Virus record (IMG/VR): IMGVR_UViG_3300032212_000115
Location: 1-29,981 of that record
Length of the DNA stretch: 29,981 nucleotides
Source: a virus
Lineage: Duplodnaviria > Caudoviricetes
Strand: one strand, 5' to 3'
Shown piece by piece: positions 14,936-22,773 of the stretch. A program made the position numbers and the translations under genes. Within the stretch, counting starts at the first letter, position 1. Each line of letters begins with the position of its first letter. The notes under the pieces are model-generated. The model saw only the letters and a list, made by a program, of their open reading frames with translations, had not been told where the DNA came from and searched no databases.

Positions 14936-17005
14936 TTGTCTTTTCCATACAAAGTAAGGCGCACCCGTAAGCCTGATAGCATTAGCGGTTTACGCATAAA
15001 CCCCCGGTTTGCTAAACAGGGTATTGCGGTATACATGCCCGGATCAACTAAGAATCTGGGCAATTCTAACCTTGGCGACATTACCGAAGATAAGGTAATC
15101 ACAACAACGTCCAAGCATGGAAAGACGTGGCAGTATAGCGGATCGAACTTCGGTAATATGCTGGTGCTGCCTTCGTATACACCGGAAACCGCAACGGCGG
15201 TAATGGTTGTTGAGGGCGAACACAAAAATAATAGTTTATTCGGGTCATCTGGAAACGGAATCAGGGAAGCCACGGGGCAATGGGAGTTAAGAGCCGGATC
15301 AAATGCTCGCTGCACAACCACAAAGGGAATTGTATCCGGTGAGGCTGTATTTGCTAAAGGCAAAGCGAATAACTACCTGTTATGTACACCTCGGGAAACT
15401 GTAACAGGCACCGGGGCTTATGGCGACTGGGGCGGGATTATTGGATTTGGTGATAAGGCAGGCCATCAGATTGCACTTATCGTACTTTGGACAGGTGACT
15501 TACCATCACGCGCCGAAGCCGAATATCTAGTTAGGCACCCGTGGGAAATATTCTCGCCAGAAGTTGATTATCTACCAATAAGTTTTACCGAAGCAGCAGA
15601 AGAACTTGCCCATATACCTTATAAGGTAACGCGAACCACTAAGCCTGATCATCCGGTAGGTATTGATTGGAGTAACCCGCTAGCAAAAGGTTTACTTCAT
15701 CAGGATCTATTTACTTCAAACCGGGCAGACGTATCAAACATCTCACCGACTTATATTGGAGCTGGCGCAGCCAAGACCATTACACGGGATGGACGATCTT
15801 ATGACTTTGACGGGACGGGTGACGGGCAGATGTCCTTTGGGGATGTATCCGTAACTGATGGCTCGTTTGGTATCACGATAGAGGTTATTGCAGAATTAGA
15901 CAGCCTAGCTGCGGAGCAGAAAGTCTTAGCTGAATGGGGTACTTCGGCAGCAGGGCAGAGCTTCCTTTTTTCTTTTAAGTCGGACGGGGGTGTACAACTT
16001 GCCTACCACAACACAACGGATGGCTATATTATCGCCTCAACAGGCGCAAGTGTAGTTTCCACGGGGAACAGATGCCATATTCTTTTTAGTGGTATAGGCT
16101 CGTCATGGCGTTGTTGGGTTGACGGGGTTGAGCATAACGTAACCGGAGACTCTGCCCCGTCACAGGGATTAAAGGCTGTCACAACGGCTCTGAGGTATGG
16201 TCGCGACGAATCAGGGACAAATAATTTCAATGGTAGATTATCGTTAATTAGGTTTTACGACGATACGCACACGTTTACACAGAATGAAGCTAGCGCGTTA
16301 TATCAAAATCCCTACCAACTCCTAAAACCAAGAACACAATATATACCCGTAGGCGCGGCGACGAGCGGGTCAGCCATACTTGCCACAACAGGCGCAATAT
16401 CCACGACCAGTATTGACGCGGCTATCAAGGTCAGCCCGAATATTACCGCGACAACTGTAGCGCTATCCGTTGCAGGCATGGGCGCTACAGTCAAAGTTAG
16501 CCCGAATATTACCGCGACAACCGGGGCCATCACTATAACTGGCGCTGATGCGGCGATTAAGGTCAGCCCGAATATCACGGCAACGAATGGCGCGGTTGTC
16601 CTGACCGGCATTGATACCACGATCCAGCGCGGCGTGAATGTAGCAGTCACAACGGGCGAGCTATCTATATCGGCGCTCGATACCGCAATAAAGATCAGCC
16701 CGAACATTGTCGCGACAACCGGATCAATCACGCTGGCGGGTATTGAGGCGGCTGTCCGGCAAGGTCAGAACATCACAGCCACAACGGGCGCGATGATGAT
16801 CGGTGGCGTTGATACAGCCATCAAAACAGATATATCCATGACCGCCACAACCGGCGCGGTCACAATTACAGGCATTCAGTCGACCATCCTGCAAGGCGGT
16901 CAATTATTCCAAACTGGCCGCAATCGCGGAGCAAAGAGTTATAACCGACCAGGTGTGCAAAGTCATTCCCGGTCAGGTGTAAGGTCGTATACGAGGCGCA
17001 ACTAA
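14936..17005 (+). CDS. Putative head fibre/adhesin: duplicated LamG/ConA-like modules plus 22-aa Thr-rich repeats
   Basis: YDFDGTGD, ITIEVIA, RCWVDG, FNGRLSLIRFY (LamG-like); PYKVxRTxKPD occurs twice; 8 repeats near the C-terminus; TTG start with AAGGA SD. Confidence 0.72.
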   Translation: MSFPYKVRRTRKPDSISGLRINPRFAKQGIAVYMPGSTKNLGNSNLGDITEDKVITTTSKHGKTWQYSGSNFGNMLVLPSYTPETATAVMVVEGEHKNNSLFGSSGNGIREATGQWELRAGSNARCTTTKGIVSGEAVFAKGKANNYLLCTPRETVTGTGAYGDWGGIIGFGDKAGHQIALIVLWTGDLPSRAEAEYLVRHPWEIFSPEVDYLPISFTEAAEELAHIPYKVTRTTKPDHPVGIDWSNPLAKGLLHQDLFTSNRADVSNISPTYIGAGAAKTITRDGRSYDFDGTGDGQMSFGDVSVTDGSFGITIEVIAELDSLAAEQKVLAEWGTSAAGQSFLFSFKSDGGVQLAYHNTTDGYIIASTGASVVSTGNRCHILFSGIGSSWRCWVDGVEHNVTGDSAPSQGLKAVTTALRYGRDESGTNNFNGRLSLIRFYDDTHTFTQNEASALYQNPYQLLKPRTQYIPVGAATSGSAILATTGAISTTSIDAAIKVSPNITATTVALSVAGMGATVKVSPNITATTGAITITGADAAIKVSPNITATNGAVVLTGIDTTIQRGVNVAVTTGELSISALDTAIKISPNIVATTGSITLAGIEAAVRQGQNITATTGAMMIGGVDTAIKTDISMTATTGAVTITGIQSTILQGGQLFQTGRNRGAKSYNRPGVQSHSRSGVRSYTRRN
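16367..16894 (+). repeat. Eight tandem 66-bp / 22-aa repeats (consensus SPNITATTGAITITGIDxAIKV)
   Basis: AGCCCGAA(T/C)AT recurs at 16433, 16499, 16565 and 16697; protein periodicity is exactly 22. Confidence 0.9.
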
Positions 17006-17602
17006 ATGAGTTATACCCGAACAGTCGATCCAACCGTTGAGCCTGTCACGCTTGCAGAAGCAAAGGCGCATCTCAATGTGACAGATAGCACGGATGATAC
17101 GTTGATTGGCGCATTGATACAGGCTGCGCGTGAACATGCTGAGATATTCACAGCCAGGGCATTCGTTGCACAGACCTGGAAGCTCTTAATGGATGACTTT
17201 CCAGAGTGGGAGTTGCGACTATCTAAGCCGCCGCTGATCTCAGTGGTGTCGGTGAAATACTACGACACAGACAACACGCAGCAAACACTGGTCGAGGGCG
17301 TTGACTTTACGGTTGATAAAAACTCAGAGCCGGGGTGGATTGTGCCAGGCTCGAGCGGTTGGCCAGGTGTTTATTCTGATGGGATCAATGGTGTCGAGGT
17401 TGTCTATACGGCAGGCTATGAGGATTCAGGCGCATCGCCTACCGTCTTGGCCGATAAAGTGCCTCAAAGTATTAAGCAGGCTATCTTGCTGCAAGTGGGG
17501 CATCTATACGAACACCGTGAGGCGGTTTCTGACTTCCAAGTTCACGATGTGCCCATGGCATATAAGTCATTGCTGCACGTTTATAGAATGCTAAATCTAT
17601 GA
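17006..17602 (+). CDS. Head-tail connector (gp6-like)
   Basis: EPVTLAEAKAHL...DDTLI..LI.AAR; VPQSIKQAILL.VGHLYEHRE. Confidence 0.93.
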   Translation: MSYTRTVDPTVEPVTLAEAKAHLNVTDSTDDTLIGALIQAAREHAEIFTARAFVAQTWKLLMDDFPEWELRLSKPPLISVVSVKYYDTDNTQQTLVEGVDFTVDKNSEPGWIVPGSSGWPGVYSDGINGVEVVYTAGYEDSGASPTVLADKVPQSIKQAILLQVGHLYEHREAVSDFQVHDVPMAYKSLLHVYRMLNL

Positions 17603-17916
17603 GGGCTGGCAAGCTACGCCATCAGATTGTCATTGAGCAATCAACCGAGGCGCGCAACAGTGTCGGGGAGGTCACGGCATCCTGGGCAACATTCGCCACG
17701 GTTCGTGCATCAGTTGAGCCTATGCAGGGCCGCGAGTCTTTTGTGGCCAGTCAGGATCTCGCAGAGCGTACAGTCAGGTTCAGGATTCGATACCTGGCAG
17801 GTATTACCCCGAAAATGCGGGTCAGTTATGACTCTCGCACCTTCGATATTCAGTCTGTTGTAAACCGCGAGGAGCGCAACAGGGAAACGCACATCCTATG
17901 CCGTGAGGTTATCTGA
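17599..17916 (+). CDS. Head closure / head-tail adaptor protein
   Basis: MRAGKLRHQI.I, W...ATV.A.VEP..GRE, RFRIRY, MRV. Confidence 0.92.
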   Translation: MRAGKLRHQIVIEQSTEARNSVGEVTASWATFATVRASVEPMQGRESFVASQDLAERTVRFRIRYLAGITPKMRVSYDSRTFDIQSVVNREERNRETHILCREVI

Positions 17917-18449
17917 TGACTATCACGGTCGAGGGCATGAAAGAGATACAACGGGCGCTCAAAGGGCTTGAGGATAAAGTACAAACAAGGGTCATCAAGT
18001 CAGGGCTCAGAGCTGGCGGCCGCGAGGTTGTCAAGGCGGCGCGCCGCAAGTTACCGAGTGAATACGGCACGCTGAAAAGGAGCTTGGGCACAAAGATACT
18101 GAGGCCGTCAGGTGGGGGTGTTGGTCTACTGGTTGGGGCCAGGACAACGGCAACCACGAAGAAAGGCAAGCGAAAGCGGCCTAAGAATGATGGTTTCTAT
18201 GCCCATATTGTCGAGTTTGGAACACTTGGGTCACGCACCGAGTCGCTTTCACCGGAAACATCGCGCAAAAGCAGCTGGTCGCGCAAGGATAGAGACAAAG
18301 ATCAAAAGCGCAGAGGCACGCCAACCGGGTTGAAAGCTCGGCCTTTCTTACGGCCTGCATTCAAAGAGAGCCAGCAGAAGATCGTCGATGCGTTTGTCAA
18401 ACAGGTCGGCCGTGAAGTTGAGCGACAGATAGCGAAGGCCAGAAAATAA
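17916..18449 (+). CDS. HK97 gp10-like tail component
   Basis: GTLKRS, FYAHIVEFGT, ARPFLRPAF. Confidence 0.9.
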   Translation: MTITVEGMKEIQRALKGLEDKVQTRVIKSGLRAGGREVVKAARRKLPSEYGTLKRSLGTKILRPSGGGVGLLVGARTTATTKKGKRKRPKNDGFYAHIVEFGTLGSRTESLSPETSRKSSWSRKDRDKDQKRRGTPTGLKARPFLRPAFKESQQKIVDAFVKQVGREVERQIAKARK

Positions 18450-18814
18450 TGTCAATTCAATCAGACTTATATGCGCACATATCAAGTGATGCAGGGTTGA
18501 CCGCGCTTGTATCAGATCGCGTTTACCCGGTGAAAGCTCCACAAGAGCCATCATATCCCCTGGTCAGCTATTCCATGATCTCGGGGCAACCACAAAACAC
18601 GCTGGACGGCACAGGCTCACTGAATAACAGCCTGTTTCAGTTCGATGTATATGCCGACACTTATGCCGAGGCGCTGAGTGTTGCTGATGCATTAGAGGCC
18701 GCGATGGCCGTTGCATCATTTACCAATTCAATGCAGAGCCGCATTGATGCAGATTTTGAAACAAGCGTAGAGCAATACAGAATTATTCTCGATTTTTCGA
18801 TTTGGCATTTGTAG
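18449..18814 (+). CDS. Tail terminator / DUF3168-like protein
   Basis: LVSDRVYP..AP...YP, FQFDVYA.TY.EA. Confidence 0.85.
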   Translation: MSIQSDLYAHISSDAGLTALVSDRVYPVKAPQEPSYPLVSYSMISGQPQNTLDGTGSLNNSLFQFDVYADTYAEALSVADALEAAMAVASFTNSMQSRIDADFETSVEQYRIILDFSIWHL

Positions 18815-18822
18815 CCATCACC

Positions 18823-18865
18823 CACGCCGTGAGGCGTTAATTAAACACGCCGTGAGGCGTTAATT
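18823..18865 (+). repeat. Tandem 20-bp direct repeat CACGCCGTGAGGCGTTAATT (two GNRA hairpins)
   Basis: Exact copies at 18823-18842 and 18846-18865; each folds ACGCC-GTGA-GGCGT. Confidence 0.9.
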
Positions 18866-18886
18866 TCCCAAGCAGGAGTAAGAACC

Positions 18887-19306
18887 ATGTCAAGTAATGC
18901 ACTTGTCTCGCAGGGTATGACTATCGCAATCGGTGATGGTGCAAGCCCGGAAGTATTCACCACGATCACCGATGTGACTGATATTGCTGGCCCTGATGGC
19001 AGCGCATCAGAAATCGACACAACCGACCTTTCAAGCACCGCACGCGAGTATCGCCTGGGCCTGACGGATAACGGCAATGTCACATTGACGGTCAATTTCA
19101 AACCACAAGATACGCAACACGCTCTATTGCGAACCAAAAGCATCTCGGGCGCGGAAACGAATTTTCGTATCACGTTTACTGACTCACCGGCAACAACCTG
19201 GACATTTGCGGCATTTGTGAAAGGCGTACCTATCAGCAACAGCGTTGATGGCGTTACAACAGCCAGTATCACATTGCGTGTCACAGGCGCAGTCACCGAG
19301 GCATGA
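18887..19306 (+). CDS. Major tail (tube) protein
   Basis: EIDTTDL...EY..GL.DNG, TFAAFV, LRVTG; AGGAG SD. Confidence 0.9.
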   Translation: MSSNALVSQGMTIAIGDGASPEVFTTITDVTDIAGPDGSASEIDTTDLSSTAREYRLGLTDNGNVTLTVNFKPQDTQHALLRTKSISGAETNFRITFTDSPATTWTFAAFVKGVPISNSVDGVTTASITLRVTGAVTEA

Positions 19307-19656
19307 GTTTAGCTGACAAGATCGCAGGCGCGACAGACCTGCACACAAAGACCATCGAGGTTCCAGAGTGGGATGTAACGCTGGTTTTGCGTGAAATGTC
19401 AGGGCGAGTGCGTGCCGAATTTGAGGGGCGTGTCGCAGAGCTGAATGAAAGCGGTGATCCGGTGGATACGGTCAGGATGCTTGCGTTGCTGGTTGTTCGT
19501 TGCGCGCATGATGAGGATGGTTCAAAAGTTTTTTCTGATGAACACATCGACATGCTTTTGCGAAAAAGCCTATCCGTGCTGAAACGTATTGCCGATGAGG
19601 CGCTTGCACTCAGTGCAATGACTGAGGGTGATATTGAGGAGCTGGCGGGAAACTAA
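19303..19656 (+). CDS. Tail assembly chaperone (G-like)
   Basis: EVPEW, position after the tail tube, ends in the slippery G GGA AAC. Confidence 0.85.
   Translation: MSLADKIAGATDLHTKTIEVPEWDVTLVLREMSGRVRAEFEGRVAELNESGDPVDTVRMLALLVVRCAHDEDGSKVFSDEHIDMLLRKSLSVLKRIADEALALSAMTEGDIEELAGN
19647..19653 (+). promoter_or_regulatory. -1 programmed frameshift site G_GGA_AAC (G/GT)
   Basis: GCG GGA AAC TAA; the -1 frame reads KLKARPERRFYFRLALALGMTVQQLL... to 19970. Confidence 0.85.
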
Positions 19657-19970
19657 AAGCCCGGCCAGAGCGGCGGTTTTATTTCCGTCTTGCTCTGGCT
19701 TTGGGCATGACAGTTCAGCAGCTCTTGAAGAATGTCAGCGCGTCAGAAATTTCTGAATGGATGGCATTCGACTCTATTGATCCTATTGGCGCAGAACGCG
19801 GTGACTTACGGGCGGGAATTATCGCGTCAACAGTTGCTAACACGTCAGGCGGCAAGAAAGACGGTGACGCATTTAAGCCAGCCGATTTCATGCCGTATCT
19901 GGAAAAACCAAAAGACGACCCTGTAGCCAAGTTCCGGGCGAGCTTGGCGCACTTAGTAAAGGCTGAATAA
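19647..19970 (+). CDS. Tail assembly chaperone T portion (expressed as the GT fusion 19303..19970)
   Basis: LALALGMTV..L, SEW.AF...P.G.ERGDLRAG. Confidence 0.8.
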   Translation, partial: GKLKARPERRFYFRLALALGMTVQQLLKNVSASEISEWMAFDSIDPIGAERGDLRAGIIASTVANTSGGKKDGDAFKPADFMPYLEKPKDDPVAKFRASLAHLVKAE

Positions 19971-21931
19971 TGGCTACTCTTGCAGCAATCACAGTCGCAA
20001 TCAGAGCAAACGCAACGAAGTTCACAAGCGCGCTCAAAAAGTCGCGTAGGCAGTTAAGGAAATTCGCCGCGTCCACAAAAAAGGCATCTAAGTTAGTTGG
20101 CAGCCTGTTCAAAAAGGTATCAGCGACCGCGCTCATTGGCGGGGGTATCTTTGCCGTCATCACAAAACAGTCGCTATCCGCAATCGACAACCTTGGGAAA
20201 CTCTCGACCAGGTTGGGGCTATCTACTAAGGCGCTCTCAGAGTATCGACTGGTTGCAGAAAAGGCTGGCATCTCATTCCAAAACCTGACACTCGGATTCC
20301 AGCGTATGACGCGCCGGGTCGCAGAGGCGGCGGTTGGCCTTGGTGAAGCTCGGGGGGCAATCGAGGAGCTTGGCCTAGATGCACGCGAATTGTCTCGCCT
20401 GTCGCCAGATCAGCAGTTTGAGGCGATTGCCGATGCGATCCAAGGTGTTTCATCCCAAAGCGATAAACTGCGTATTGCGTTTAAACTGTTTGATTCTGAG
20501 GGTGTCGCTGTATTGCAAACCATGCAGCGCGGTGCAGCAGGTATCCGCGCCGTCAGGGATGAAGCCGTTGAGCTTGGTTTATCATTATCTAATACGGCTG
20601 TTCGCGGCGTAGAGCGTGCGAATGATGCCTTCACTTCACTCGGGTCGTTGTTTATCGGGTTGCGAGATCAAGTTACTTCTCAGCTTGCCCCTGCATTTGA
20701 AACGCTCACAGCAAAACTCAAAGACACAATCCTTGAATCTGCAAAATCACAGGGCGGCATAGGAAAGCTTGCCGAGACAATTGCCAAGGGTATTCTGACA
20801 ACATTCAAATCAATGGTCGATGGGATTATTGTTGCAAGCGCAACCATCGATAAAATTCTTGTTAAGATTGGGCTCACACAAGAGCAAAATCTTGATAATC
20901 TCGAGCTGCAGCTTGAGAGAAACAAACGCCGCATCCAGGAATTAAGCAGGATTTCAAGACAGGCTCAGGTCGATCCCGAGTCGCTTGCTGGCTCCAATCA
21001 GGTTCTACGCAGCTTAGGGGTAGATCGTTTTGTTCAAGCCCAGGAAAAGGCAGCGGCACAGCTTGCACAAAAGAATGAGAAACTACTTACTCAGATAAAC
21101 GCAATCAAAGACGGCCTGCAGAATGGCGCTGGCGATAGTGTTGGCGCTCTACAGGTCTTATCAAACACGCTGCAGGAAATGAGCGACAGCATTGGCGGCT
21201 CATCTAATGCAATTGCAGAATTTAAGCAGGGCGCATCCGGCCTGCCTCCAATCCTAAACCAGACCGCATCAGAACTAGACGAATACAACAAGGTTCTCGA
21301 TGAGGGCACGGCGTTAATGGACTCACTACGCACGCCGCTCGAGATATATGAGGATGGCTTACTCACCATCGAAAGTCTTTACAACGACCTGGCCATTGAC
21401 CTCGAGACATATAACCGCGCTATTGCCGCCAATAAAAAGCAGCTTGATGATGCCCTGGATAAAGACAAGATCGATGAGGCAAAAAGCGCCGCCGAGGAGC
21501 TTGGCTTAACATTCTCAAGCGCGTTTGAGGATGCTGTTGTTGGGGGCAAGAAATTCTCAGAGGTATTGAAAGGCCTGGCATCTGACATACAGCGTATCGT
21601 GCTAAGAAAGACGGTAACCGAGCCGCTTGCCAATAGTTTCACCGGGTTGTTTGAGAATTTTAATTTAGGAAATCTCTTTAATTTCGGTGGCGCACGCGCA
21701 AGCGGTGGGCCTGTCTCAGCAGGTAGCGGCTACCTTGTGGGCGAAAACGGGCCAGAGTTCTTTGCGCCCGGTCAGAACGGAACAATCATCCCGAATAATC
21801 AATTACGGTCAGGCGCGGCCACGGTTAATAACTATTTCACCGTGTCTGGTCAAACTGATCAGAGATCACAACAGCAGATCGCGCAACAGGCATACATGGG
21901 CACGACCCGCGCATTCAAGAGAAACGGCTGA
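19970..21931 (+). CDS. Tail tape measure protein
   Basis: 653 aa Ala/Leu-rich helical protein; C-terminal RASGGPV...YLVGENGPEFF. Confidence 0.92.
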   Translation: MATLAAITVAIRANATKFTSALKKSRRQLRKFAASTKKASKLVGSLFKKVSATALIGGGIFAVITKQSLSAIDNLGKLSTRLGLSTKALSEYRLVAEKAGISFQNLTLGFQRMTRRVAEAAVGLGEARGAIEELGLDARELSRLSPDQQFEAIADAIQGVSSQSDKLRIAFKLFDSEGVAVLQTMQRGAAGIRAVRDEAVELGLSLSNTAVRGVERANDAFTSLGSLFIGLRDQVTSQLAPAFETLTAKLKDTILESAKSQGGIGKLAETIAKGILTTFKSMVDGIIVASATIDKILVKIGLTQEQNLDNLELQLERNKRRIQELSRISRQAQVDPESLAGSNQVLRSLGVDRFVQAQEKAAAQLAQKNEKLLTQINAIKDGLQNGAGDSVGALQVLSNTLQEMSDSIGGSSNAIAEFKQGASGLPPILNQTASELDEYNKVLDEGTALMDSLRTPLEIYEDGLLTIESLYNDLAIDLETYNRAIAANKKQLDDALDKDKIDEAKSAAEELGLTFSSAFEDAVVGGKKFSEVLKGLASDIQRIVLRKTVTEPLANSFTGLFENFNLGNLFNFGGARASGGPVSAGSGYLVGENGPEFFAPGQNGTIIPNNQLRSGAATVNNYFTVSGQTDQRSQQQIAQQAYMGTTRAFKRNG

Positions 21932-22773
21932 TGGCATTCCTAGAGACACCGCGATTCCCAGAAGATATAAGCGAAGGCGCAACGGTTGGCCCTTCTTTTC
22001 AGACCAGCATCACAGTCAATGACGGCGGCTATGAACAGCGCAATAGTCGGTGGCAAGATTCCCTGCATGAGTTCGATGTGGGGCATGGCGTAAAAACACA
22101 GGCCCAGCTCGATGTGTTGAAATCGTTTTTTATCAACACACAAGGCATGAGGACAGCATTCAGGTTTAAAGACTGGTCAGATTACGATGTCAGCACATCA
22201 GAAAGTGACATGACCTATGATGTTGGCGGTGCTTTCCAGCTTGGCAAAGTCTATACAACCGGCGCTCTCACTAAAACAAGAGCCCTGACAAAGATCGTCG
22301 ATTCAGGATACACCATTTACCGTGACGCGGTGCTGCAGACGGAAGGCGCGGGGGCTGGTGAATACGCGATAGATACGACTACAGGGATCGTCACATTCCA
22401 GCCTGATACAACAGGGGCCATCTCAGGCGTGACGCAGGCCAACCCCGGCGTTGTAACGGCGACAGGTCACGGGCGCACCACGGGCGATGAGTTGGAATTT
22501 ACCAGCGTAGGCGGGATGACTGAACTACACGGCCAGACCGTCACCATCACCGTCATCGATCCTAATAGTTACAGCATCGGCATCGACACGACTGCATATA
22601 CCGCTTACACATCAGGTGGGCAATGGGAATACTACCCGCAATCATCCGAGGCAATGACATGGGCGGGTGAGTTTGATGTTCCTGTCAGGTTCGCCTCTGA
22701 TTCAATGCGCGTTTCGATTGATCTGATTGATCACTTCACATGGGGTCAGATCCCACTCATCGAGGTACGATGA
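21931..22773 (+). CDS. DUF2460 distal tail protein (RcGTA g12-like) with an inserted small beta domain
   Basis: FLETPRFP, GP.F.T, EQRN..W, FRFKDWSD, GEFDVPVRF. Confidence 0.88.
   Translation: MAFLETPRFPEDISEGATVGPSFQTSITVNDGGYEQRNSRWQDSLHEFDVGHGVKTQAQLDVLKSFFINTQGMRTAFRFKDWSDYDVSTSESDMTYDVGGAFQLGKVYTTGALTKTRALTKIVDSGYTIYRDAVLQTEGAGAGEYAIDTTTGIVTFQPDTTGAISGVTQANPGVVTATGHGRTTGDELEFTSVGGMTELHGQTVTITVIDPNSYSIGIDTTAYTAYTSGGQWEYYPQSSEAMTWAGEFDVPVRFASDSMRVSIDLIDHFTWGQIPLIEVR

Noticed and set aside
16312-16731. Minus-strand ORF with repeated VAVIFGLTL
   Set aside because: Antisense shadow of the 66-bp repeats in the fibre gene
14936-17005. Diversity-generating retroelement target (duplicated segments in an adhesin)
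   Set aside because: No reverse transcriptase and no near-identical TR/VR pair with adenine-specific mismatches seen
17898-17910. Fourth copy of the GCCGTGAGG hairpin motif
   Set aside because: Imperfect stem, lies in coding sequence and is explained by the GAGG SD of the next gene
18823-18865. Palindromic direct repeats as a mini-CRISPR array
   Set aside because: Two 20-bp copies separated by 3 bp; no spacer-length sequence and no cas genes
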